A stretch of DNA of 63,191 nt, filler included, from Hausera hauseri (taxonomy: Eukaryota), in assembly GCA_046269625.1 (NCBI GenBank). It is 13 parts of 13 records of this genome, joined end to end, with 100 filler letters (N's around TTAATTAATTAA, not from the genome) between each part and the next. Parts side by side here need not be neighbours in the genome. Positions count along the whole stretch, not along the records: positions 35,018 to 39,292 come from JBJURY010663330.1; positions 39,393 to 44,517 come from JBJURY010327828.1; positions 44,618 to 49,127 come from JBJURY010548341.1; 10 more parts are not named here. One strand, given 5' to 3'. Shown piece after piece: positions 35,770 to 48,095 of the stretch; position 1 is the stretch's first letter; each line of letters opens with the position of its first letter. Below the pieces are notes generated by a model that saw only the letters and a list, made by a program, of their open reading frames with translations, was not told the DNA's origin and made no database searches. A program made the position numbers and the translations under genes.

Positions 35770-37070
35770 CTACCGTGGACAAAAAGTAATTACACTGATT
35801 AAATAAAACACAGAAAATACTTTATTCACACAAATTTATTGTGTCTCCTTCAAAGTAATCCCCTCCCACTTGAATAAACTTATTCCAACGTTTTTTCCTG
35901 TCTTTAAACAGTTATTATACGCAGCTTCTGGTATAGCCTGAAAAGCCGCCAGTGATTTCTATTGGATGGCTTCTACTGAATCAGATCGATGTCCACAAAG
36001 TGGTAATTTCAATCGAGGAAAAATGAAAAGTCACACGGAGTCATATCTGGCGAATACGGTTCTTGCGGTACGACATTCATTTGATTTTTGATGAACTACG
36101 GACGAATAATTAAAGTTTTATGCTATGGAGCGTTATCGTGGTGCAGAACCATGAATTGTTTCACCATAATTCTGGTCGTTTTTTACGAACTGACTCACGT
36201 AAACGACTCAAAAGGCTTAAATAATATCCTTTGTTGACTGTTTGACCAGTTGCAAGGAACTCTTTGTCGACAACGCCACGGTAGTCGAAGAAAACAGTCA
36301 ACATGACCTTGATTTTTGACTTACTTCGACGTGGTTTTTTCAGTTTTGGTTCATCTGCATCACGATATTCACTGGATTGTTGAATTGTTTCCAAGTCATA
36401 AGCATAGATCCAAGTCTCATCGTCAGTAATTATGTATTTCAGATCATCATCAGTCATAGAAAGCATCTCTTCGGCCATTTGAACGCGACGTTGTTTTTCA
36501 AACACATTCAAAGCTTTTGGAACAAGACGAGAAGACACGAGACGATTCCAAACCGTCCTTTAAAATTGTTTGTATTGATTCTTTTGATATGCCAATACTG
36601 TCTACAAGATTTCTTTGAGTCAGTCGACAAGTGGAAAGTACAAGCTCCTTGATTTTATTGATGTTTTACGCATTAGTTGAGGTTGATGGCCTTACTGAAC
36701 GAGGGTCGTCTTCAACTACTTTGTGCTCTCAACAACTGATTTATACCACTTAAAAACGTGTGATCTTGATAAACATTCATAGCCGTAACACTTTTGTTCA
36801 TTTTCAATGCATCAGAACAAGAAATTTCATTTTTGGACAAAATTTGATACAAATTCTTTGTTCCACATATTTATCCATATTAAAAAATCACCGAGAGCAA
36901 GTTTATTCAGACACAAAAGACGCTGTAATTTCTAACCTAACAAAGCAAATATCATGAAATTTCTTTCAGCTGTTCACAACAGTCATACCACCCTACCAAA
37001 TAAATATACACATCGCTATTCAACGCGCGTACTTTTTATAAATAGTCTCATTACCTTTTGTCTACAGTAG
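35770..37070 (-). mobile_element. Mariner (D,D34D-type) transposon, full length but decayed
   Basis: Imperfect 27-bp TIRs (CTACCGTGGACAAAAAGTAATTACACT vs reverse complement CTACTGTAGACAAAAGGTAATGAGACT), TA at the right flank, 1.3 kb. Motifs RLVPK.L, IITDDETWIY.YD.ET, KVMLTVFFD, LHHDNAP, PYSPDMTPCDF. Confidence 0.93.
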
Positions 37071-37840
37071 TATATTACTATTAACATCATGCGTGGCCAT
37101 TGTTTTCAGGGTGTCCCTCCCCGGGGAGCCTTGCCCACCGTTTATTCATTTGGTCAATTGACAAACAAAGAGTTTAGCAAACATACAACATGCGCGGCTT
37201 CAATCAACAAACAGAATAATACCAATAGTAATTATAATCTTAAAATAGTTTTCGTCATCACAGCCTTCGTTTGATACGATATTAAGGAGGTCGTAATATT
37301 GTTCATGAATATCACTACACGTATTAATCAAAACTTCTAATTCCAGAGATCCACATCCATCAATATTCTCTATCCACAACTCATCCAAAAGAATTTGACA
37401 TGTTAAAAGAAGTTTACTATCAAAATGTTTACTTTCTTTCATAAAACTACAAATCATTTTCCAAGCTTCATTACGACTTGAAATTATCGAATGCATAGAA
37501 TTCGTTCTTTGTTCGAGATAAACTGACACACACGATTTTCAACATCAAGAAGCCTTGTTTTACCAGATTCATTTGACCGAACCAAAGATAGAAGAATAAT
37601 TTCGTTTTCCTCTTCGTGAAAACTATTTACTACCCAAATACGAATATCTTTGAAAATTTTATTAACTGTATTTTTTTAAAGATAAACAATTGATCGGAAT
37701 ATAAAATTAAAATTGTTACCTCACTGCTGTCAATTCCGTTTCCAACAAGTACTCACAAAATATTTTGATCATTTTAGTTTCATATATACGACTCGAACTG
37801 TCGTTTTTGGAACTCTCCAATTTAATATGATTGAATAGGC

Positions 37841-38830
37841 AGAGGCTGAACAAGGGAGAGGCGAAAGAGGCAATCGCCCAGGGCGCTGGATTTGAGGCAA
37901 TATTTACATATCAAAGTGCAGTACAATTCAGTTAATTACAAATGAAGCTGGTAGCAGTGTTAGTGTGTTGCCATTTCAATTATAATATCCAAACTTAATG
38001 TAAACATCTGTTTATTTATCAGCAACTACCTCTGTAATCTGTAAACTGCTAAGTGCTAATTATATAACATTCAGGCTTTAGCTGATTACATTTATTATAG
38101 ATCCAGCGGACAAAATGATGACGCAATAACAACATAAGCATGCATTTGACAAAGACAAATCAGGCTTTCAGAGGCCACTCAAAATGTTTGGCAGACTCGA
38201 CAAATGCTGGTAACTTCCTCGATACTGTTAAGCTTCTTGCGAAAATCCATCTGTCTAATATCACTGAGAAGAAGGAATCTGTGACATATTTGTCTCCTCT
38301 CATACAAAATGAATTCATTTCTCATCACTGGAAAAATTCGTGCAACCATTTTGGCCGATATTCTAGAGGCTAAGTACTTCTCTATAATGTTTGGAACAAC
38401 TCCCGACGTTTCCCATGTGGACCAGATGGTACAACAAATCAGATATGTCAAAATTGGTGGAGATGGAATTGTGAAAGTCTTGGGGAGCTTTGTCAACTTT
38501 GTCATATGCCGTGGGATGACAGGCGAAGCAATTGCAGAAGAAATTGTTGGAAAATTGAGGGAAGATCGGCTGCCCATTCAAGATTGCAGGGCTCATAGTT
38601 ACGACAATGCTGCATATATGTACGGCAAGAATCGGGATGTTCGAACTCGGATTTCTCAATTGAACCCGATAAGTCGTTATGTTCCCTGCAGTGCTCAAAG
38701 TCTTAATCTCATATGCGTACACGCTCCCAAATAAAATAGAGTGTGAAAATTTTCGACGTTATTGAAAAACTTTTCACGTTCTTTTCATACTCGACTCACA
38801 GATGGGAGATGATAAAGCGCCTGAAAGATT
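37841..38830 (+). mobile_element. hAT (ZMYM1/Tip100-like) transposon fragment
   Basis: AFRGH..GNFL...YLSP.IQNEFI, then AKYFSIM..TTPDVSH.DQM...RYV, CRAHSYDNAA.M.G, YVPCSAQSLNL. GC-rich terminus-like segment from 37841. Confidence 0.88.
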
Positions 38831-39392
38831 CGTTTTTATTTTGAATATATTCCAAAGTACCTGAATCTTCGAAATTCATGGTTTAAAAAATGATAGAACT
38901 GCGGTTTTACGAAAAATCATGTTTAAACTGCTATAATTTTTTCAAAAAATGTTTATATATATATGTATATAGTTATTTTTTTGGTGGGCTAATGTAGGCC
39001 AATGTGGGCCAAACTTGCTCAGCTTTACGTTTGAATTGGTTACGCTTTGTCTAAATTGGATACGTTCATTTAAATATTGTTTAAATTTGACAAGTTTCAT
39101 GGCAGACATTGTAACAACAGCAAATAAAGGCGCAAAGAAACATACAAACACCTGTGCAGTATCATAAATCTGTTGAGTAGTTTCCAACAGAATGTATCCC
39201 CACAACAAACCACATATCACACAGACAATGGCATCCGTAACCACCATTATAAAAATCGATATTTTTAGTCTATGGGGTGAGAATAGAATCTTNNNNNNNN
39301 NNNNNNNNNNNNNNNNNNNNNNNNNNNNNNNNNNNNTTAATTAATTAANNNNNNNNNNNNNNNNNNNNNNNNNNNNNNNNNNNNNNNNNNNN

Positions 39393-42300
39393 GAACGAAG
39401 ACGGTCGACAGAGAGTCGGCAGAAATGGGAATTTGGTTTGTTTTACTTGTGGCAAAGAAGGACACATTTCAAGGTCATGTCCAAATCCGCGTAGCGTTTC
39501 ATTTACCGAACCGAATAAGACTAGTATGATTAGAACCAATGAGAACCTAGAAGCAAAGTATGGTGTTCGTGGAGATACAGGTACTATCATCGATAAACAG
39601 GATTTGAGAAAATTCTTAGATGCTCAGCCAGACACTATGAACTTACAAATTTTGATAGCTAGAAGAGAATACGGAGATAAGTTGCGATTACTAGAAGTAT
39701 ATCACGGCTTAGCAGAACCAGAAACTGAATATGAATACGCAATAGCACCTAAACGAAGTGATATGACACGGAAAAAGTGTTCCGACGAGCAATAAGCCAT
39801 CTGATAAACCAGGCACATCGACGGCAATCGACTTAGACGCAAAGCCTGAGTTTACGGTTGAAAAAGTAGCTAAGCTTACTGAGGACGATGCAGCAGAAAA
39901 AGAATTTATGGAACCGTTAATACTTAAAATTACGAAGAATAGAGGCCGAAGCCTTTCATTAAAAACGAAACGTAGAAGTCGTTCACGCTCCAAAATAACC
40001 AGATTGAAAAAAAGGAAAACCCGAACGTCGGTCCGCACACCCCTGTCGGAGTAGCAGAATCCATAGAGTTAATTAACGAGATTAACGAGATTTACCCACT
40101 TCCTGCAACGAATACTGAGGATTTCGATCCCAAAAAGTGTAAAGTTCGACATTCGTGGAAAAACGCCAATGAATTAAGGAAATTGAGAAACAAACGTTAT
40201 GAGCCAGAAATATTACAGTGTGACTTAGAAAGGCTTAAACAAATTAGCGAACAAGTAGATATATCCGGGAAAGAGCAGCAATACGCTGAGAAGTTATATA
40301 AAAGTTTGAAACTGCGTAATGAAGGAAAGTTTGCTTAAGCAATTGACTTAGAACAACCCGAAGAGGTATCAACCGAAACGTTGTTAAAATGGAAGCAGGA
40401 ACTAGAATCATGGATTAAAAGCGGAATAGAATTTTTAGAAAGGTGGAATAAAAATAAAGACAGAGTCGACGTAAAAATCACTAAAGCTCAGGCATTACTG
40501 TCCACTTTAGAAGCAAACCCGAAATTTAAGAGAGCAGCTCGCAGTTTGGAACGTATGATGGATGGAATTCGCCTTGTAATGATTCACCGGCTCATAGAAA
40601 AACAGGTCAGCAATCGAAATAATAGCGACTTAGAAATATTGGGTATAGACCTAGTAGATATTCCTCCCTTAATGGAGATGATTAAACTCACGTTTGCCGT
40701 ACCTAGACGGTATACAAATTTAGAGGATCGTATTGGAATAGAAAATGAAATATGAGCACAGATTTATAATTTGAGAAATGGAATTATGTTCCCAAACAAC
40801 GAGGATACTCAATATACAGTAAAGGCTTGTATAGTAGAATTGGACGAGTACAAGGATGAGTTTAGTTATGTCGGGCGAGTTATGAATTTTCTAAGAGGAC
40901 CAGACGATGAGTTAGAAGATGCCTATAAGATGCTAGATAAAGCCATAATGGCGAAACCTGTAATAGCAAATCAACTGTCACAATGGTCCGAATTAATAAC
41001 GCGATTAAGCAAATTGGTAGAAGATCGCAAAACAAAATTTCCGCAAAGTGAGCCAACGGTAAAGAAACAACTAGAAGAAAGTGCGCACGACCTAGGCACG
41101 ATGCGAATAGGAATAGACATCCGTACTCAATTCGAAGCGCTACGACGACTAAAATTTATGGAAAAGGAACGAGAAGCACTGATGATGGAGGAAATCTACA
41201 GACTGATCGAAGAAACGAACTTTACTGAAAAACGGAACATGATTCACGATGTGAACTCAAAGTTAAAGATTATTCGACTCGAAGGATTACAATACTTAAC
41301 AAGAAAACCAATCGACGAAATTTCCGCACAAGACATTGAAATCATGGTCATTCGTCCAGGGCATCGAGAGACGTTAACGGACGCAATAAAGTTTTTGCAC
41401 AAACTCAAGAATGAATGGCCGGGTCAGACCAGAATTTTCATACCATGTTGATAGAAATAGGAAACGACCCACATTTTAGTTTTCAGGAACACAAGTTCGT
41501 AAAGAAATTATTGGATGCAATGGACCCTGATTCAAAGGTTATAAATGAGCTGTATGAGTTAGCCTATTTATTGGTGGAAATGGCGGAAATCAGTGATGAG
41601 TAGATGAAACAATTGATGCCCAAGATACAGAAAGTAGAAGAAACATGTATCAAGACGAAATAAAGGGCAACAAAGTTGGAGGAAATAACCAAAGAGCTCG
41701 AAGTCTATCGAAACAAATATGCTTTTACCGAATCAGAGATTAAGAATAAAGGAGAATTTGTACAAAGATATCAAAAAGATGTGATTCTTGAATTGACAGA
41801 TTATCACCTGAAAGGGCTGGTTGGCCCGAACGAATTGGGCGAATTACTGGAAATGATTCAGTATGCCTGTGGAAATGGAGTAGGTTTCCGAACTACGCAA
41901 ATGAAAGAAATACAACCTAGATTAAGGGAAATTCGGGGAAACATTCAAAGAGCCAATACGGCTTTATTGGACTACCGACTCCCGTATGTCGGAAACGAAC
42001 ACGAATGGGATGCATACTTTGACGAAATACTTGCTGGAAAACCTGACTCCAGTACAGCTAAACGAAATAGAAACATGTCCGCGAGACAGGAGATTCAATG
42101 TGGAGATGTTACCAGATTCAGCGCTAACTGAAAAGGATTTGATTGAATTCATTAACATAAATATTACTGAGAATAAATTACGGCAACTTATTCCAACGTT
42201 AATTAAATTATCTAGCGAAAACACGATTTACAGTACGGTGCCGAAACTTTTGATAAGAAAGTACGCTAAAATCTTGAGTGCTAAACCTGCGGTGACGATA

Positions 42301-43230
42301 AAGGTAATGGTGTCATCCGAATGGATGGACGAAAACGAATGCGAGTTGATTACATATTCCTACATAAAGGACATAAGAGAATGGCTAGTAAACAGTGGTG
42401 GAACGAACGAGTTAAACTACAGATTTTATTATAGAGGTAGAATACTCGATGACCTAGAACAACTAATAGACGTCGAGATTATTCCTGACGAAACAAATAG
42501 GATAGTGGTAGTAGCTAACGAACAAACAAAAGAAGAAGCTACACGTAAAACCAAAACAGAACAATGCGTAGGACAAATCATGGGAGTTCGAGACGCCGCA
42601 CTGCATTTCGAGTATTTACAAACGGACGAAGATAAAGAACAATACGACATAAATTTAGTACCAGTAAGTGAAACAACCACTAAGGGTCCAAGACCGAAAC
42701 GCCCAGTAGGCAGACCTAGAAAAATGCGAGAAGAAGTAGATTACAACGGAGAATTAATTAGAGAATTGAGACAGATGTCGATTCCGACTCTTGGCCCAGA
42801 TAACGAGGAATTAAGCGAGTTAATGAAAAATTTAATACGAATTGTGAATTATTCTAGTTTTCGAGATGTGTTAGATGATAAAGAAAAGATAATTTTCGAT
42901 GCAGCCAAAATGATGAGAAGTTTACGTTTCAAGCTGTCAAAAAGTAACTTAACCGACAAGTCAGTAATAGAAAAGATCATGGTAGAAAACACGAATGAAG
43001 AATTGGGAAAGGTATTGCTATACTTAGCTATAAAAATAAATACTAATCGAGAGAATGAGATCAATAGGGCTATAAGCTTAGCACGGAGAGCAGCAAGAAG
43101 AATACCTTGCCAAGTAAATTGGGCATGGCTATTTGGCAAGGAAGAAGAAAAACGAAATAACAATAAACTAGACGAGATGTTGCGTAGCCTGACAATGTCA
43201 GACGTCGAAGGTCGGAAAAATGAATCGAAT
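39393..43230 (+). pseudogene. Retroelement Gag zinc knuckle plus long accessory region with ubiquitin-like domain and AT-hook (decayed)
   Basis: CFTCGKEGHISRSC at 39439. About 2.8 kb of broken helical coding sequence follows, then a UBL at about 42292-42519 (YRFYYRGRILDDLEQLIDVEI) and PKRPVGRPRK at about 42690-42723, in frame with the glycoprotein signal. Confidence 0.75.
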
Positions 43231-44517
43231 TGGCTAATTAGCTTGCTTACCTTAATGATGCTAATAAAGCATATAAGCGCGGTAACCGTCTACGATTGCG
43301 ATAAGTTTAAATTAGGACAGAGATATTCCTTAATGGACCTGGAAGTATGCGAGGACGCCAGACCGCGCAAATTGGAAACGAGAGAGAAAAGTTACTTCCT
43401 GTATCAACAAGAAGAATTGATATCGTTAGACGGAATGGAGTGCATGTTGAGACGATCGCGTAGTATCTTCCACTGTCGACTAATACACGGACATTCTTCC
43501 ATAATTAAGCCAACTACTCCGCTAATTCCAATGAATTTAGAACGCCAACACTGAAAACAAGCTAAAGAGAATGGAAGAGTACAATGGGACAGTATGCAAT
43601 TAGAAATGCAATCCGGAAAGATAATCGGAGCATACAAAGTAGTAGCTGGAAGGCTGGATATGCATACCGGACATTCTAATGGAGCACAATACGATACAGG
43701 AAAAGGATTAGAATCAAACATAGTAGTTATGGATTTCTACGAATCAGAAATGCGATCACAAAAGGTAATGTTCCATAGTGTCACTAAGTTATATACTGAG
43801 AATCAGAAATGCCATTTACAAGACGGAATTTGTGCTTTTAGAAGCTCGGTTATAGTATGGAAACCTCCTTCTGGAAGAAATTGTAATTTTATTAAAATTA
43901 AAGAACTAAAGTTCAATGAAACTACAGGGAAGAGATATGTGGACAAATCGGAAACTAACTCAAGGACACATAAGGATGTATCAGAACACTCTACACATAC
44001 TATATTAATTTCGGATCAGCATGGATTGAAATTTATTAAAAAAGAAATGATGTCCCGCTGTGATTTAGTGATGTTTGCTACGAAATATGAAGCGTTTTTC
44101 GTCGCAGAAACGGAAATAAGTGCGAAAATTTATAAACTAGAAACGCAGGATGTCCACATTGAAGATTACCTGAAAAATAGAGGTGATTACTTCTACTATA
44201 AAGGACAAGTCGGAATAACGAAATTATATCACAAAATGATAAAGAATGACTGCAAATTGGATACATAAATCATGAGAACTAAAATGGCTCTTATATATGC
44301 AAACCCAGAATTAGCTTCACCAATAATTCCCATGAGAGAAGGAATTTTTGGTGGGTAACAGGCGAAGTACTGCTAACTTTTGAGTGTGAAAAGAGACATG
44401 TACCCATCAACGTGGAAGAAAAATGTTGCATTCAGGAACTTCCTGTTATTTACCAAAATATTCCGAGATTAGGTACACCTCTGACGAGAGTGTTACTGAA
44501 TAACGCTAGCCTACCGA
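43231..44517 (+). pseudogene. Chuvirus-like glycoprotein, 5' two-thirds
   Basis: WLISLLTLMMLIKHISA|VTVYDC..YSLMDLEVC, ECMLRRS..FHC..HGHSSII, CKLD..IMRTKMALIYANP, GEVLLTFEC, CIQELPV, TRVL. Confidence 0.8.
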
Positions 44518-44634
44518 NNNNNNNNNNNNNNNNNNNNNNNNNNNNNNNNNNNNNNNNNNNNTTAATTAATTAANNNNNNNNNNNNNNNNNNNNNNNNNNN
44601 NNNNNNNNNNNNNNNNNCGGAACTTTCGGATATT

Positions 44635-47600
44635 TTGCAAATCGATAAACAATGTTTATATATTGATTCAGGTGCAAGTTGTCATCTTCTTTCTGATGAG
44701 AATTTATTTACAGAATTAAAGTATGAACATTCGCCAGCAAAAATAATTCTCGCAAATGGAAAGACTCTAATTTCGAAAGCAATTGGCTATGCCGACCTTG
44801 ATTTGAAATGCGAATACGGTTTGCAAAAGATCACGTTAACCGATGTTTATTTCGTTCCAGACTTACGGTGCAATTTAATTTCAGTTAAAAAGATCACTGA
44901 TAAAGGATATTCCGTTCTTTTCGAAAAGGAAAATTGTTTCGTGAAAAAGAATGATGAAATAATTATGCACGCACGTTCCGATAAAGGCAGTTTATATAAA
45001 ATCAATCTGATCAAACAAGCAGAAAGCGCTAACATTGCGACTGAGTGCAAAAATAAAAATTGCATACAAATGTGGCACTCAAGACTCGGTCATCGGAGTT
45101 ACGATGCAATTAAACAGATCGTTCGCGAAGACCTTGCCGACGGAATAACATTAGATAATTGTGAACATAATAGTAATTGTTCAGAATGCATTAAAAACAA
45201 AATGCAACAAATTCCGTATCCAAAGGTAGCTAGTGTTCGTGCGACCAAACCACTTGAACTTATACATAGCGACATCTGTGGGCCTATGCCAACCCCGAGT
45301 GTTAGCGGAAAGCTATATTTCGTCACATTTATCGATGATTATACCAGGTACACCGTCATCTATTTACTTGCTAAAAAGAACGAAGTCTTTAGTAAATTGA
45401 AAGACTTTATCGGTATAACAAAAAATAAGTTCGGAAGAACTATACAAACACTCCGAACCGATAACGGAGGCGAATACACCAGCAATGAAATCGAAGAATT
45501 TTTATCGAGCAACGGCATCAAACATCAGCTGACTGTACCTTTCTCACCCCCTCAGAATGGTGTAAGTGAAAGAAAAAATAGAAGTCTCACTGAAATGACT
45601 AGATGCCTGCTTTCTGAGAGCCGACTACCGAACAAATTATGGGGCGAAGCTGTACACACCGCAAATTACATTCAGAACCGCCTGCCTACGAAAGCTTGTG
45701 AAAGAACTCCCTACGAATTATGGAGTGGAAGAAAACCTAACCTAGCTCACATGAAACAATTCGGTTGCACAGCCTATGCATTCGTTCACAAAGAAAACAG
45801 AAGAAAATTAGACCAGAAAGCGATAGAAGGGATTTTTGTCGGCTACGACCAACGATCAAAGGGATACAGAATCTATACAACCGAAAACCGTATAATCGTC
45901 AGTAGAAGCGTAAAATTCATTGAAGAACTGTCGACAAACGAAAATGTTGTAATCCCTCATCCAAGAGCAGAAGATGATGTAAGTAATGACAAAACCGAAA
46001 GGGAATCAGAAGTCAATTCAGAAGAGCTCAGACGATCAGAAAGAAAAAATAAAGGAATACCTCCCGAGCGCTTTGGATTCATGGCAGATATTGCCGAATA
46101 TACTCCTCAGAATTTCAAGGACCTGGATAATTTAGATCCCAGAGAAAAGGAAAAATGGTTACTCGCTGTTAACGAAGAAATCACTTCCTTGTCGAAAAAC
46201 CATACATGGAACTTAGTTGATCTTCCTGATGGAAAGAAACCTATCGGATGCAGATGGACCTTTAAGCTAAAAAAGAATGAAGACGGCACAGTGACTCGCC
46301 ATAAGGCAAGACTAGTCGCAAAAGGCTATAGTCAGAAATTTGGAACCGACTATGATCATACCTTTGCACCAGTAGTTAGACATACAACTATTAGAACCTT
46401 TTTCGCTGCAGCAGCTTACGATAAAATGCACGTCGCACATGCTGATGTTACCACTGCTTTTCTACACGGTAATCTTGAAGAAGAAATATATATGGAACAG
46501 CCGGAAGGCACAATCCAAGCAGGACAAGAACAAAAGGTGTGCAAATTAAACAAATCTCTTTACGGTCTAAAGGAAGCCACTAGAATATGGAATAAAAGAA
46601 TTGAAGAAATCCTAAAGAACAACGGTTTTTCACAAAGTACTGCAGATCCATGCTTATTCATGAAAAAGGATGGAACAGATACAATAATGGTTACTATTTA
46701 CATTGACGACATCCTTATAGCATGTAAAAGGCTCAATAAGATCGATATGTTAATCAAAACCTTCAACAAATTCTTTGAAGTAAAGAACTTAGGAGAAGTT
46801 ACAAATTACCTCGGAATCCATATCAAAAGGAATAACGGAAAATTCTTACTGAACCAAGTATCAAAAATTCATGAGTTAAAGAAAAAGTTCTGCCTGAATA
46901 TGAATAAACAGTCCTACACACCAATGGACACTGCCTATCCAAAAAACCAAGACACCCAACAACTGACTGATAACACAAAATATAGACAAATCATCGGAGG
47001 ATTGCTATATATAGCAACCGTAACAAGACCAGACATCAGTTTTGCAGTGAACCTGTTGAGCAGGAAAAATGAATCTCCAAGTGAAGAAGATTTGAAGGCA
47101 GCTTTAAGAGTCGTAGAATACCTGAATTCAACGAAGGACTTTTACCTCCAAATAGACTCTGACAGCCCTCCTATACTCACTTGCTATACAGATGCTGACT
47201 ATGCATCAGACTTGGCAACTCGCCGGTCAACCGGAGGAAACCTGTTTTTCCTCGGGAACAACCCAATTTTGTGGTCCACAAAAAGGCAAAATTGTGTTTC
47301 CCTATCCTCAACAGAGTCCGAGCTCATTTCAGCAGCCACAGCCGCTCAAGAGTTCAAATGGTTATTAGATTTTCTAAAAGATTTTGGACTATTCCAAAAA
47401 TTACCCATACAAATGTTCGAAGACAATAAGTCCACCATATCCTTAATCCAAAATGGAAAAATGAATACTAGGCTAAAGCATATCAATGTTAAGTATTTCT
47501 TTTTAAGGGAAATGGAAGAAAATAAAATAATTAAGATGACATACTGCAATACAAGTTCCATGATTGCAAACATTTTTACCAAGCCCTTATCCAGACCAAA

Positions 47601-47658
47601 ATTTATTGAAATAAGGGACAAATTAAGTCTAATTTCTTTTCCCGAAATACATGATTAA
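44635..47658 (+). CDS. pol: Copia/Ty1 Pol (PR-IN-RT-RH), 5' end cut by contig edge
   Basis: IDSGAS, WHSRLGH, HSDICGP, RTDNGGEY, QNGVSERKNR, KARLVAKGYSQ, YIDD, YTDADYA, SSTESE. The last RNase H Asp reads N (IANIFTK). Confidence 0.97.
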   Translation: MQIDKQCLYIDSGASCHLLSDENLFTELKYEHSPAKIILANGKTLISKAIGYADLDLKCEYGLQKITLTDVYFVPDLRCNLISVKKITDKGYSVLFEKENCFVKKNDEIIMHARSDKGSLYKINLIKQAESANIATECKNKNCIQMWHSRLGHRSYDAIKQIVREDLADGITLDNCEHNSNCSECIKNKMQQIPYPKVASVRATKPLELIHSDICGPMPTPSVSGKLYFVTFIDDYTRYTVIYLLAKKNEVFSKLKDFIGITKNKFGRTIQTLRTDNGGEYTSNEIEEFLSSNGIKHQLTVPFSPPQNGVSERKNRSLTEMTRCLLSESRLPNKLWGEAVHTANYIQNRLPTKACERTPYELWSGRKPNLAHMKQFGCTAYAFVHKENRRKLDQKAIEGIFVGYDQRSKGYRIYTTENRIIVSRSVKFIEELSTNENVVIPHPRAEDDVSNDKTERESEVNSEELRRSERKNKGIPPERFGFMADIAEYTPQNFKDLDNLDPREKEKWLLAVNEEITSLSKNHTWNLVDLPDGKKPIGCRWTFKLKKNEDGTVTRHKARLVAKGYSQKFGTDYDHTFAPVVRHTTIRTFFAAAAYDKMHVAHADVTTAFLHGNLEEEIYMEQPEGTIQAGQEQKVCKLNKSLYGLKEATRIWNKRIEEILKNNGFSQSTADPCLFMKKDGTDTIMVTIYIDDILIACKRLNKIDMLIKTFNKFFEVKNLGEVTNYLGIHIKRNNGKFLLNQVSKIHELKKKFCLNMNKQSYTPMDTAYPKNQDTQQLTDNTKYRQIIGGLLYIATVTRPDISFAVNLLSRKNESPSEEDLKAALRVVEYLNSTKDFYLQIDSDSPPILTCYTDADYASDLATRRSTGGNLFFLGNNPILWSTKRQNCVSLSSTESELISAATAAQEFKWLLDFLKDFGLFQKLPIQMFEDNKSTISLIQNGKMNTRLKHINVKYFFLREMEENKIIKMTYCNTSSMIANIFTKPLSRPKFIEIRDKLSLISFPEIHD

Positions 47659-47667
47659 AGGGGGGAA

Positions 47668-47920
47668 TGTTGTAAACTAATCATGACTTTCGGCAAAAAC
47701 CCTACTCATAACTGGACTTTCACATTTGTCTTGTAACCCCATAAAAGCCGCCAAGGCGCGCGCCAAAACGTCCCGTGATGTATTATTATTCATTCCCTGT
47801 TTTTGTTCTTCTATGTACGCCACGTCTCTTGTGTTCTTTGTGATGTATCGTCTAAGCTTACGAACAACTTAAATAAAATTCGTCTTATGGAATTACTCCA
47901 TTATTTTAGTCTTTCCAACA
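47668..47920 (+). repeat. Copia LTR (253 bp)
   Basis: Preceded by PPT AAAGGGGGGAA; TGTTG...CAACA termini; AATAAA near 47872. Confidence 0.88.
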
Positions 47921-48095
47921 CAAGTCTACACGTATCCTGATAAGGAGATTCTCCGTGTGATAGAGAGGTAAGTGTGTTTTTACTACCTACTCTTTCAATG
48001 ATTATGAGACTGAACGGAAGTCTCTAAATCACGTTACTCTCTAGACTGTGTTTGTGAAGTTGTTAAAAACTGTTCCACAAAGAAAAACTTTAAAT

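Noticed and set aside
37200-37780. Possible host exon(s) on the minus strand
   Set aside because: Stops in the upstream frame and no recognisable domain or consistent splice model.
38942-39292. Two hydrophobic helices resembling GPCR TM4-TM5
   Set aside because: Short, cut by the contig edge, and without a diagnostic motif.
43231-44517. Integrated chuvirus genome
   Set aside because: No RdRp (L) or nucleoprotein motifs were recognised; the glycoprotein is embedded in retroelement coding sequence.
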